Shown: positions 1-8,206 of the stretch, one piece after another
How positions within the stretch are numbered: the stretch's first letter is position 1
Layout of the letters: every line of letters starts with the position of its first letter
DNA from: a virus
Reading direction: 5' to 3' (one strand)
Length of the DNA stretch: 40,255 bases
IMG/VR virus record: IMGVR_UViG_3300017694_000009
Location: 1 to 40,255 of that record
Translations under genes and position numbers: made by a program
Notes under the pieces: generated by a model
What the model was told of the DNA's origin: nothing
The model's database searches: none
The model's input: the letters and a program-made list of their open reading frames with translations, nothing else

Positions 1-123
1 CTTCGGTAAAGCCTGCCGTGACGTAATCGGTGCCGGCAAACGCCAGCGTGCGATCGACGCCACCACCCGTGCGGCCCACGGTGGACCCCGAGAAGAACAG
101 CGCAGGCGTACCGACGATGCCGA
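1..123. repeat. Terminal direct repeat, identical to 40133..40255; most likely the closure overlap of a circular or circularly permuted genome
   Basis: Both ends read directly: cttcggtaaagcctgccgtg...gtaccgacgatgccga is present at both. The repeat lies inside a CDS. Confidence 0.9.
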
Positions 124-349
124 CGTTGTAGGTCACGCCCGTTGCCGAATCCACCGCGTCCGACTTGATGAGGCCCGACTTGACGCGAGCGCGCGGAGGC
201 AGGCGCATAAGGGCGATGGTATCACCCGCGAGAAGCGCGGTATTGACCACGAACGACGCGCGTCCGTGGTGCGACGTGCGACCGCCCAGACCCACACCCG
301 AAACGGGATAGGTGGGGGCAGTCTTCTGAAGGCTGGTGTAAGCTACCAT
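1..349 (-). CDS. Virion-module protein: N-terminal 116 codons of a 146-aa ORF that wraps the window ends (continues 40132..40041). Putative capsid-associated or decoration protein.
   Basis: Hand translation MVAYTSLQKTAPTYPVSGVGLGGRTSHHGRASFVVNTALLAGDTIALMRLPP.... Strong SD AAGGAGG 7 nt upstream of the ATG at 349. Sits immediately downstream of the capsid gene. The frame stays open across the junction to a TAA at 40043..40041. Confidence 0.6.
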   Translation of the reverse strand, partial: MVAYTSLQKTAPTYPVSGVGLGGRTSHHGRASFVVNTALLAGDTIALMRLPPRARVKSGLIKSDAVDSATGVTYNVGIVGTPALFFSGSTVGRTGGGVDRTLAFAGTDYVTAGFTE

Positions 350-361
350 GTCAAATCCTCC

Positions 362-1528
362 TTAGACCTGGGGCGGAACAGCGGTGACGGACGTGACGAC
401 ACCGTACTGAACGCCGCCGAACGAGGTCTTTGCGATACCGCGCAGTTCTTCGATCGCCATGCCAGGCCGGAAATCATAGTCTTCGCGCAGATCTTCGACC
501 ACCCGCGGCGCCATGCCGTAAGCCACCGCGACAGCCGACTGGCCGCAGAAGTAGCCGAACGACAGATCGGCACCCGAGCCACCCGCACCCAGCAGGATCT
601 GATCGTCCAGTTCCGGCACTTCGCGGATGAGGATGCCCTGGAACATCAGATCGCCGTCCTGGAACAGCGGGTTGCTATCTACGCCGCCAGCTTCGCGCGG
701 GCGCGAGGCGGTGTTGATCTGGACGATGGTCGGGTCCTGCGACAGCACGCCAAACTCGCGGCTACCAACGAAATACACGAACCATTCGCGTCCTGCCGTC
801 ATGTCCGACTTATAAGGCCGGATGTTGGTCGTGAACGCTGTCGTGCTGTTCGTGGGCGTGTTCTTGCCCGCCGTCTTGGCGATCGACTTCAGCAGGCGAA
901 GGTGCGCCGCCGAAGACTGGCCGCTTGCCACCGAGACGTTGCCGAGCGACGTGGCCCAATTGCCCGACGAGATGTTCGCACGAGCATTGCCCATCACGAT
1001 CCGGTCGCTGTTGTTGACCAGATAGGTGTTGCGCTGCGTGGCGTTCGACACGTTGTAATTGACCTGCTGGTCCGTGCCAGGAAGGCCATTGGCATCAAGC
1101 GTGCCCGGTACGATGATCTGCTGAAGCGCCGCCAGCGTGTCGTCACGCAGCAGTTCCGCACTCCACGTCCGCAGTTGCGGCTTGGAGGCGCCCCACATGT
1201 CGATTGCGGTGCGAAACGTCGTGGACTTGGGCAGCTTGACGCCCTGCCGAATCCAGTCAACGCGGACCGCCGTGTTGGCAAGGCCAAGATCGGCCTCGTT
1301 GCCCTTCAGGACTTCCGAACCACGGACGCCGCGCCCCTTGATGCGCTGCACCAGCGGGAAGTTGATCGTATCGCCAGCTTCGTTCTTCAGTTCGTTGCGA
1401 ACACGAAAGATCGAAGCGTCATCGGTGCCCATGTAGGGCAGAATGCCCGACTCACGGACATATTCCTTGGTAAGATCCGTGCTCCAAGTCTGCTTCTGGA
1501 GCGCGGTTGCAAGAACGACTTCTGCCAT
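362..1528 (-). CDS. Major capsid protein (HK97-fold; resembles the N4 gp56/DUF4043-type coat family)
   Basis: 388-aa ORF in the portal-scaffold-coat position, with SD AGAGG upstream. The N-terminal pattern QKQTWSTDLTKEY...GTDDASIFRV...GDTINFPLVQRIKGRGVRG..LKGNEADL recalls that family. Family name is by recall only. Confidence 0.8.
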   Translation of the reverse strand: MAEVVLATALQKQTWSTDLTKEYVRESGILPYMGTDDASIFRVRNELKNEAGDTINFPLVQRIKGRGVRGSEVLKGNEADLGLANTAVRVDWIRQGVKLPKSTTFRTAIDMWGASKPQLRTWSAELLRDDTLAALQQIIVPGTLDANGLPGTDQQVNYNVSNATQRNTYLVNNSDRIVMGNARANISSGNWATSLGNVSVASGQSSAAHLRLLKSIAKTAGKNTPTNSTTAFTTNIRPYKSDMTAGREWFVYFVGSREFGVLSQDPTIVQINTASRPREAGGVDSNPLFQDGDLMFQGILIREVPELDDQILLGAGGSGADLSFGYFCGQSAVAVAYGMAPRVVEDLREDYDFRPGMAIEELRGIAKTSFGGVQYGVVTSVTAVPPQV

Positions 1529-1530
1529 TG

Positions 1531-2268
1531 CTACCTCTTATTGAAGATAGCATTCAAATCCGCGAGAGGGTCGCTATTGTCCGGGGCGCTTACCGACGCA
1601 GAAACATCGGAAGCAATCGAACGAGGCGGAGCCGCGGGCCTGGATGCCGGTGCGACTACGGCGGGTGCCGCAATCGTCGGTGCGGTCAACCAGCCTTCGC
1701 GTTCGGCAATCTTCCGGGCATAAGCCACAGGGTCATCGCCAAGGTCGCTCAGGATAGCATCCCGCTTGTGCTGCTTGACGATCCAGTCGATGGGGTTGCG
1801 CTCTTTCATGTAGCCGGCGGCGAACGTAGGATCTGCTTGCGCGCGACCCTTGGCCCACTCGACGGCTGCTTCCACAGCCTCATCCCCGTGCTTGTCACGC
1901 GCCATCAAATCGCTGATCTGGAACCTCTCTCCAACGAGACGCTCTTCCACCTTTGCTTCGACGTACGCATTATAAGCGTCCGGATCATCATATGGATCTG
2001 GCGCTTTGGCAGGGCTTTTTGCGGCCTCATACTCGCGGATACGTTGTTCCGCGATTTCGGCGCGCCGTTCAGCCTCTTTCGCCCGGTCCCGAGTGTCCAG
2101 AAGCGCAGTCAGCGGTACGCGCCGATCGTCTTCCTTGGGCTCTGGTTCGGGCTCCGGCTCCTTCACCTCAATCTGAGGCTGTGGCTCCGGCTGTGGATCG
2201 GGACTTTCAGCAACTACTTCCGGTTCTGCCGGGGTGCTTCCGAAAACTTCGTCCACAAGATCTGCCAT
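1531..2268 (-). CDS. Scaffolding protein (putative)
   Basis: 245-aa acidic, Pro/Glu-rich ORF (PEPQPQIEVKEPEPEPEPKEDD) with charged helical segments, directly upstream of the capsid gene. Confidence 0.55.
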   Translation of the reverse strand: MADLVDEVFGSTPAEPEVVAESPDPQPEPQPQIEVKEPEPEPEPKEDDRRVPLTALLDTRDRAKEAERRAEIAEQRIREYEAAKSPAKAPDPYDDPDAYNAYVEAKVEERLVGERFQISDLMARDKHGDEAVEAAVEWAKGRAQADPTFAAGYMKERNPIDWIVKQHKRDAILSDLGDDPVAYARKIAEREGWLTAPTIAAPAVVAPASRPAAPPRSIASDVSASVSAPDNSDPLADLNAIFNKR

Positions 2269-2352
2269 ACCATCTCCACTCCCCGTATCGTGGGGATTAC
2301 GCAGCGCCCGACCCGGCGGCGGCTCATAGTTAACGTGCTATGAGGACACGGC

Positions 2353-2366
2353 GGTATTCTGATACC
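2353..2366. repeat. Copy A of the palindromic hairpin motif GGTAT-TCTG-ATACC (16-mer cGGTATTCTGATACCa shared with copy B)
   Basis: Exact match to 27879..27892. Copy C at 36181..36194 has the central 4 nt inverted. Lies 84 nt upstream of the scaffold ATG. Confidence 0.8.
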
Positions 2367-2377
2367 ACTCAAGATGC

Positions 2378-2405
2378 TTGACGTAAAGTGGGTAAGCTGT
2401 ATTTA
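2378..2405 (+). promoter_or_regulatory. Candidate sigma70-like promoter on the + strand (TTGACG-16 nt-TATTTA), antisense to the late operon
   Basis: TTGACG at 2378..2383 and TATTTA at 2400..2405, in an AT-rich patch. The -10 lacks the conserved final T. Confidence 0.3.
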
Positions 2406-2411
2406 TATTCG

Positions 2412-2568
2412 AGAATGCAGGTTCGATTCCTGCTCGTTTGCCGAGGTTTGGTAAGGAAAAGCGGGTTCAAATCCCGCCATGCATGGTTCGCTAGCATGAC
2501 CTGATGGTTCAGGGGGCACGACAGCCGGAAAGACGGCGTGTAAGGCGTAAACACACGGTTTCTCTTTG
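2412..2568 (+). ncRNA. Candidate tRNA-like small RNA or degenerate tRNA pair (not a canonical tRNA)
   Basis: Two T-arm mimics valid only on the + strand: GCAGG-TTCGATT-CCTGC (2417..2433) and GCGGG-TTCAAAT-CCCGC (2461..2477). A partial cloverleaf spans 2415..2484. Further GGTTC hairpins lie at 2482..2498 and 2500..2513. Hairpin CGTGT/ACACG (2537..2557) is followed by GTTTCTCTTT. Confidence 0.3.
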
Positions 2569-2696
2569 GTCGAGCGCTCTTTCAGGTGATGGTGGAGGGT
2601 CCAGCACTAACCTTCGGAATGCTCCCTAACCGCGGCCGCCCAACGGTATTGAAGGACGCGGCATGGGCAAAGCGGTGCGCTCGTAATTAATGGCCG

Positions 2697-4637
2697 CTAA
2701 GCTTCCGAACCCTCACCTTCCTCCCCCTCCAGCACTTTCTCCTGCTCCAGTTCGGAGCCGTGCCGTTCTGCCGTGATCTTCAGAGCGTTCGCCACCTTCA
2801 CCGCGGTATCGGCCTTCTTGTTCTCGATATCCGCAGCCGCCGTGGCTTCGCCAATCTCAGCGGCCTTGGCCTGCGCCTCTTGCTGCGCCTGTGCCTCCGC
2901 AGCCTGCGCCTGCTGGATCTCCTCGCGCTTGGCCTTCAGGCGCTCAAGAATGCGCCCCTTGTCGGACAGCGGCGACATCTCAACCGCAATCTCGAATTCC
3001 GGCGAAAATGGCGACATACCCAGCCGCAGCAGTTCCATGATCTCCGCCCAAACCTCCTGCTGGAGGTTGGCGGTATCGTCGTCCTGATCCAGGATGATAT
3101 CCATATCCAGATCCGCCAAGCGATTCTTGGTATCGACCTGGCCAATCGTCGGCATCATCATGGGCTGGCCGGTCACGGGATCGGCCACAGGCTCACCAGT
3201 CTGGGGATTGACCGCGGGTGCCATCGTCGGCCCCATGACAGGCTCGTTGACCTTCAAGAACTCTGCCGTCTTGATGTCGTCCGTGACGCGAATCCACATG
3301 GGATCGGTCCAGTATTGCTTGGCGCGAAACCACATCTGTTCATAGACTCTCAAGACCCACCCATGCAGGCGCCCCATCGGACGTGCCAGTTCAGTAAGCC
3401 CAGCCTGCTGCGATACCAGCCTCGCACGGCCACTCTGGCTTGCCCCCTCCTGCCGTCCAAGCACGGCAGGCGTTGGCCCCATACGCTCGATCTCTGACTT
3501 GGCTTCCTGCATCCGCAGGAGATTGGCTTGCGTCTGTTCGGCAGTGGATACGATCTGCCAGCCCTGTGGGATAACACCATCGGCCTTAGCCGCCTCAATG
3601 CGGACAGTGCCATCGTCCACAGGAGGCGCGGATGGATCGACATTCTGCACCTGCCTAGAATTCATCAGATGCAGCGACCGCGACCGCGAGGCGTTCACCT
3701 CATCCTGGATCGGGATCATATCCCGCACCATGCCATAACGCGCGTTGTCGCGATCGATGTAGCAGGACACGGCCTCGATCGGACAGACTGCCGTGCCCTT
3801 CTCGTCCACATAGGGCGAAGGACCATACTCCAGCACACCGGTTGCGATATAGACCGTACGCATCCACCGACCTTGCTCGATGGCATATTCCTCCACCAGC
3901 ATGACACGACGACGACGGCGATCCACCCACGCCGTGCCACCCTCAGGGCGATCAGCCCACGAGTTATCGACGCCGGCAACGCCATTGGGCGATAGAGGAT
4001 CACCAATCTCGTTGATACGAACACGATAACGTTCCATCAACTGAGTGGCGTCCATCCACTTCGCCACGCCCATGTAGCGCGCGTCCTTGAAGTCGGAACG
4101 CCGCGAGTAGGGATCGAAATAGAACTCTTCCCATCGGATCTGCGTGGGAACGATCTTTTCGTCCACCATCTCCACCAGCACGGCACCCGTGCCTTCAATG
4201 AAGAAGTTTTCCGCCACGTCCATCTGCGTGTCGTTGAACTTGGACTGATCGTTGATGAACCGCAACGTCTTGGTGCAAACGTCCGCGCTGCCCTCATCGT
4301 CGGGGTTGCGGGGCAGGGCTTTGGGGTCGCGCCGGCCAGCCTCCAATACCCCCAGAACGCCGTTGACCGCAGGACGCACACGATTCGTGTAGATCGGCGG
4401 CTGCATCCGCGCCTTCAGGATCGAGCGCACCTCAGACGATAGCTGCTTCGGCCCATCGTAATAATCGCGATCGGTCTGCGCCTTCTCACGGCTACCGTGG
4501 ATATCCTCCCGCGCCTCATCAAACCGCTTGCGCAGCTTATCGATCTGCGGCGCATCGCCCACGGTAGCAGCCGGCAACGTCTGTGTAGCCGTGGAGCCGA
4601 AAACGATGCCGTCGCGGTTGGCGTCAGTGACGATCAT
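2697..4637 (-). CDS. Portal protein
   Basis: About 646-aa ORF between terminase large subunit and scaffold, with an acidic, coiled C-terminus (QQAQAAEAQAQQEAQAKAAE...EGEEGEGSEA). The ATG at 4637 is preferred over the GTG at 4679, which overlaps the TerL stop by 35 nt. Confidence 0.75.
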   Translation of the reverse strand: MIVTDANRDGIVFGSTATQTLPAATVGDAPQIDKLRKRFDEAREDIHGSREKAQTDRDYYDGPKQLSSEVRSILKARMQPPIYTNRVRPAVNGVLGVLEAGRRDPKALPRNPDDEGSADVCTKTLRFINDQSKFNDTQMDVAENFFIEGTGAVLVEMVDEKIVPTQIRWEEFYFDPYSRRSDFKDARYMGVAKWMDATQLMERYRVRINEIGDPLSPNGVAGVDNSWADRPEGGTAWVDRRRRRVMLVEEYAIEQGRWMRTVYIATGVLEYGPSPYVDEKGTAVCPIEAVSCYIDRDNARYGMVRDMIPIQDEVNASRSRSLHLMNSRQVQNVDPSAPPVDDGTVRIEAAKADGVIPQGWQIVSTAEQTQANLLRMQEAKSEIERMGPTPAVLGRQEGASQSGRARLVSQQAGLTELARPMGRLHGWVLRVYEQMWFRAKQYWTDPMWIRVTDDIKTAEFLKVNEPVMGPTMAPAVNPQTGEPVADPVTGQPMMMPTIGQVDTKNRLADLDMDIILDQDDDTANLQQEVWAEIMELLRLGMSPFSPEFEIAVEMSPLSDKGRILERLKAKREEIQQAQAAEAQAQQEAQAKAAEIGEATAAADIENKKADTAVKVANALKITAERHGSELEQEKVLEGEEGEGSEA

Positions 4638-4644
4638 GTAAATC

Positions 4645-5997
4645 TTAGCCCCAAGCCGATGCTCCACCCATCGTAGCACGCTTTCTGGACGATGGCGATA
4701 GGTCCGGCGGGTTCTTCACCGGCGCAACTACAGCGGGCCTGGACAGGTGGCAGTTGATGGCGAATTCCCCGAACGCATCGGCCGCGTGGCTATGTTCGTC
4801 GTGAAGCGGGCCACTGTAGGTTTCCATGCTCTTGTTCCACTTGCGCGAGTAGCCGCGCAGATGCTTCAAGCCCACGTTGGTCGTCGCCTTGTTGAACCGC
4901 ACGAACGGCAGCACCTTGCGCACAGCGTTGACACGCTCCGCAGGATTGACCGCCAGCCCGACGTTAATCGACGTAAGCCCCAAGCCCTGCAACGTCGCGA
5001 TGCGCGAACGTCCAGCGCCCCACTCCCGCACCTTTACGTCATGCGGAAAATAGTGCCGGCCATAACGATAAGGCCGATCCCCCGCGTCCCAGCCAGGCTC
5101 ACGCTCCTTTGCCGGCGCCAGTTCGGGCAGGCCCATCCGCACCAATTCCTCCGCGCCCTCACCCGACGCCTCATAGAAATCAATCGCGGTGACGACGTTG
5201 GCCTTCTCCTGCAAGAACCAGATAGCGGTATAGTCGTCTACGCCCAAATCCCACGCCGTCAGCACCGGCAAGGCCGGGTCGTAAGGGAAATCGCCTATCC
5301 TCCCATCCTGTTCGGCCTGCGCCAGCAGAAGGGCGTAATACGCCCCCTCAGACACGATCTCATAGCCGCCATCCCACACGTGCGCGGCCATCTCAGCATC
5401 GCGCAGGCGATCATCCAGCATCTCCTGCCGCAGTTCTTCAGGGAAGAACGGGTTTTCCGACCAGTTCACCCGCGCGATGATAGCATTCGACGGCGGCTGC
5501 GAGCCCCGAAAAAAATCATCGATCGCGTCGGTATCATGCCGCGGGTTCCACGCCGCCCAGATCTCCGAACCAGGCGCACGAATGGTAGGCCGCAGCATCC
5601 GTAGCGAAGTGGCAGATAGCGTTTGCGCCTCTTCGATGAACGCGATGTCATAGCCCTCAAGAGACTTGATCGTCTCAGCGTTGTACGATTGCATGCCGCG
5701 AAAGATGATGAGGCCGCCATGTGGCGCGCGGATTTCCGCCTCCAACACCTCGAAACTGTCCTGCACCCCAAGATCGCGGATTTTGTCGATGATAAGCTGC
5801 CGCACCGATTCCTTGAGCGACAACTGCACTTCGCGAATGCAGACCGCGCGCGTCCGCTTCATCAGGCACCGCTCCACCAGCAGTTCAGCGAAGAAGTGGG
5901 ACTTCCCCGAGCCGCGCCCCCCGTAAGCCGCCTTGTAGCGCGAAGGCTGAAGAAAAGGCACAGCCCAACGCGGGGTTTGGATACGGAGGGTGGTCAA
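4645..5997 (-). CDS. terL: Terminase large subunit
   Basis: 450-aa ORF with N-terminal Walker A GGRGSGKS, then the ATPase and nuclease layout typical of PBSX/Terminase_3/6-type TerL. The start in the ORF track is TTG. Confidence 0.85.
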   Translation of the reverse strand: MTTLRIQTPRWAVPFLQPSRYKAAYGGRGSGKSHFFAELLVERCLMKRTRAVCIREVQLSLKESVRQLIIDKIRDLGVQDSFEVLEAEIRAPHGGLIIFRGMQSYNAETIKSLEGYDIAFIEEAQTLSATSLRMLRPTIRAPGSEIWAAWNPRHDTDAIDDFFRGSQPPSNAIIARVNWSENPFFPEELRQEMLDDRLRDAEMAAHVWDGGYEIVSEGAYYALLLAQAEQDGRIGDFPYDPALPVLTAWDLGVDDYTAIWFLQEKANVVTAIDFYEASGEGAEELVRMGLPELAPAKEREPGWDAGDRPYRYGRHYFPHDVKVREWGAGRSRIATLQGLGLTSINVGLAVNPAERVNAVRKVLPFVRFNKATTNVGLKHLRGYSRKWNKSMETYSGPLHDEHSHAADAFGEFAINCHLSRPAVVAPVKNPPDLSPSSRKRATMGGASAWG

Positions 5998-6009
5998 ACC
6001 ATCTATCTC

Positions 6010-6342
6010 TTAATCTTCCATACCCACTGTCCAACTACCAGAAGGATTTTCCAAAGAGCTAAGTTTCTGTGGATCAACCACCACGCGCTCGATCTTTTGG
6101 AAAGCGACCGGAACCCCATTCGGATCGCCACCAACCTGAATGGGAATCAGCTTGGCCGCCAGCTTGTAGAACTCGGTCTCGTTGTCCTTGGCCCATTCGA
6201 TGAAGTGACCATGTGGCTTGCCGCTGCCCTCTTGGAGGGCCTGATACACGCTCTCGATCGCGGCCTTCATAGTCGCGGTAGACTTGTTCACCGAGCCTTT
6301 CGGTCGCCCAGGACCGGGCGTTCCGTCACCTACGCGAGCCAT
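6010..6342 (-). CDS. Terminase small subunit (putative)
   Basis: Located immediately upstream of TerL. Has a basic N-terminal motif GRPKGSVNK typical of many small terminase/DUF5681-like proteins. The ATG at 6342 is preferred; a GTG at 6405 is possible. Confidence 0.45.
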   Translation of the reverse strand: MARVGDGTPGPGRPKGSVNKSTATMKAAIESVYQALQEGSGKPHGHFIEWAKDNETEFYKLAAKLIPIQVGGDPNGVPVAFQKIERVVVDPQKLSSLENPSGSWTVGMED

Positions 6343-6435
6343 TGTTTCAGCACCGTTTGAAAAACCTTTCAGCCTCGCTTGAGGCGTCCACCCAACATAA
6401 CCCACCCCGCCACAAAAAGCGAGGCCGCCAATGAA

Positions 6436-6624
6436 TTAATCTTCATGATGAATCCAGTCATGCCTCTCTCTCCCTTCAGGCAGGTATGTCAGCCCACAGC
6501 CGAGTGGGCACAGGACACGGCGAAGATTGTCCGCGCGAGCCGCAGCCGTAACGGCTTTGGCATCGCTCACGAACACGCTCTTGATATGATTGAGACGATT
6601 GGTGATTCTAACTTTCTCGTTCAT
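6436..6624 (-). CDS. Hypothetical early protein (62 aa)
   Basis: ORF track. Its ATG overlaps the stop of the upstream micro-ORF (ATGA). Confidence 0.5.
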   Translation of the reverse strand: MNEKVRITNRLNHIKSVFVSDAKAVTAAARADNLRRVLCPLGCGLTYLPEGRERHDWIHHED

Positions 6625-6695
6625 AAAAACACCGCCATGATGAAAATGAGAGCAGCTAGGGCGGCGATGATGCGGACTGCGGTTATATCCTCCAT
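6621..6695 (-). CDS. Micro-ORF, 24-aa single-TM peptide (MEDITAVRIIAALAALIFIMAVFL)
   Basis: Hand translation. Abuts the upstream stop (TGA then ATG) and overlaps the downstream start (ATGA). Below the ORF-track size cutoff. Confidence 0.35.
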   Translation of the reverse strand: MEDITAVRIIAALAALIFIMAVFL

Positions 6696-6989
6696 TCAGT
6701 CCTCCTTCCGCGCGAGGGTGGCGAGCATGGCACGGAAGATTACATCCGGGCCCGGCATCCTGTGCGACTCTACACTCATCTCAACATCACCAGCCCAAAT
6801 CATCTCCTCCCCCGGCTCCCCCAGCACCTCAAGCGCGGCGTCGAAGGCGGCGGTGGCAGCTTCGAAAAAATCTTCTTTGGATGATTCCCAATATCGATTG
6901 TCAGAATCTGAGCCATATCTTGTTATCTTGCAAAAAGAGACAAAAATACCCCGCGCCGCCCCCTCGATCGCTTCTTCGCGCTTGGTCAT
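6696..6989 (-). CDS. Hypothetical early protein (97 aa, acidic)
   Basis: ORF track. ATGA overlap with the upstream micro-ORF. Confidence 0.55.
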   Translation of the reverse strand: MTKREEAIEGAARGIFVSFCKITRYGSDSDNRYWESSKEDFFEAATAAFDAALEVLGEPGEEMIWAGDVEMSVESHRMPGPDVIFRAMLATLARKED

Positions 6990-7075
6990 GAGAAGCCGCC
7001 TTTGAGAAGGATCACGATTGAAGATCCAATGAGACCGCCAACAATCGCCAACACGAAATCAGCTAAATAGTCCAT
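6986..7075 (-). CDS. Micro-ORF, 29-aa single-TM peptide (MDYLADFVLAIVGGLIGSSIVILLKGGFS)
   Basis: Hand translation codon by codon. 1-nt overlap with the upstream stop and ATGA overlap with the downstream start. Confidence 0.35.
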   Translation of the reverse strand: MDYLADFVLAIVGGLIGSSIVILLKGGFS

Positions 7076-7722
7076 CACCCCACCTCCTTCATCGCCGCGA
7101 TGACCCGCTCCACGTCCGCCACAGCAAGGCCGGTCTCGGTGGCGATGCGCTGGGCACGGGTGGGGCCGGGGCGGATGAGGCCGAGATGCTGCATGACGGC
7201 TATGGAGTAATTACAAACCTGCGCATCTGGGCCGCTGGCCAAGAACAGGCCCTTGGCCATGTCGCGCGCCTCCGCCTCCGTCATCCGCTTGATGGTCACG
7301 ATGTCGGGATCGGGCACAGGAATAACGGCAACCTCCCCGCGGCGGCGGTAGCCGATGATGTCGGTCTGCGAGCCAATATGTCGCCACGTCCACACCTGCT
7401 TCGAAGACAGCCGGCCTTCACGGAACAACACCTCACCCCCATCCCAATCCCCCGGCGCCTCATCCCCACCAGCCCAAGGCTCGAAGCCGCGGGAGAGGGG
7501 GAGGTAGGACCAGTGGGTGCGAGGGAGCTTGATTGCATCTACAGACGGGCCAAGGGGCATCCCGTAAAATGGCCCCCACTGAAGATCGGCGGCGGCAGCC
7601 CTGTGGCGAAAGCGAACACACCCCTTCGCCCACAGAACAGAATCCCTATCCCCCAACCACACCGGCCGCACCCCATCCACGATGGGGATCTCGGGACCCC
7701 AGTCTTCCACTGCGTTACCCAT
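7075..7722 (-). CDS. Hypothetical protein (215 aa, Trp-rich)
   Basis: ORF-track frame. The ATG at 7722 is preceded by a strong SD GAGGAG at 7 nt. The longer track start at 7764 has no SD. Confidence 0.6.
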   Translation of the reverse strand: MGNAVEDWGPEIPIVDGVRPVWLGDRDSVLWAKGCVRFRHRAAAADLQWGPFYGMPLGPSVDAIKLPRTHWSYLPLSRGFEPWAGGDEAPGDWDGGEVLFREGRLSSKQVWTWRHIGSQTDIIGYRRRGEVAVIPVPDPDIVTIKRMTEAEARDMAKGLFLASGPDAQVCNYSIAVMQHLGLIRPGPTRAQRIATETGLAVADVERVIAAMKEVG

Positions 7723-7993
7723 CACACCGCTCCTCAGCCAGCCGGGCATAGCCAGCAATGTCATGCCAATTGTCGCGATAGTTCGGATCGCCGTTCAGGA
7801 TGCGGGCGATCTTGTCCGCAATGACGGTGAGGGCTTGGCGCTGCACCGAAGAAAGTCGCTGCCACCCAGCCTTCGTGTTCATGGCATCTTGGATCTCCTG
7901 CGATATTTCAGCATGATCCGTGAAATCCCCATACCGCGCGCCTCGCTCGGCAAGCGTTGCCGCCAGATCGTCAGCCACGAGCCACCTCCCCAT
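7715..7993 (-). CDS. Conserved phage protein, DUF6378-like (motif RYGDF...K..RIL.G.P...D.W.DIAGYA)
   Basis: Motif read in the translation. Alternative GTG start at 7978 with SD GGGAGG 6 nt upstream. The TTG at 8005 in the track is unlikely. Confidence 0.5.
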   Translation of the reverse strand: MGRWLVADDLAATLAERGARYGDFTDHAEISQEIQDAMNTKAGWQRLSSVQRQALTVIADKIARILNGDPNYRDNWHDIAGYARLAEERCDG

Positions 7994-8132
7994 ACCGCTT
8001 CTCAAACACGCTGCGCGGCAGATAGAAATACCGCGGCCGCGACACCGATCCCATCACGTTGAACGGGATATCCCGGCGGCTGTAGAGGACATGGCCGCCA
8101 TGGACGGCGTGGATTACAACACGATCTTGCAT
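7971..8132 (-). CDS. Hypothetical small protein (53 aa)
   Basis: Hand translation MQDRVVIHAVHGGHVLYSRRDIPFNVMGSV.... SD GAGGGAG 8 nt upstream. Below the track cutoff. Confidence 0.45.
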   Translation of the reverse strand: MQDRVVIHAVHGGHVLYSRRDIPFNVMGSVSRPRYFYLPRSVFEKRYGEVARG

Positions 8133-8206
8133 CGATGATCTCCCTCATAGGGAGGATACCCCGGCTTTCGAACAGGCGCCGGGATGGGGCCTAGGGCGAC
8201 AATATC

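Noticed and set aside
266-1723. A long + strand ORF (485 aa) and many similar antisense ORFs, for example 1507..2343, 4747..5604, 5623..6360, 13905..14414(-), 15186..15812(-), 17401..18273(-), 22110..22844(-) and 22502..23527(-).
   Set aside because: These are shadow ORFs of a GC-rich genome. They lie antisense to, or out of frame with, genes that carry recognisable motifs (capsid, TerL, SSB, helicase). Their translations are Arg/Ala/Gly/Pro-rich with low complexity. They have no SD or coupling signals.
2415-2485. Calling a bona fide tRNA gene (or two) from the GGTTCGATTCC and GGGTTCAAATCCC motifs.
   Set aside because: The first T-arm has no complementary 5' acceptor strand within 100 nt. 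The only cloverleaf, for the second T-arm, has a G-A mismatch in the acceptor stem, a D-arm without GG, a 6-nt variable region and an anticodon-like loop GAGGTTT without U33. The two candidate tRNAs would also overlap each other. It is reported as a tRNA-like element instead.
2369-2554. A 61-aa minus-strand ORF across the portal-scaffold gap.
   Set aside because: It has a GTG start without an SD. Codon third-position GC collapses in its second half. The peptide has no recognisable features. The frame simply reads through the reverse complement of the T-arm hairpins.
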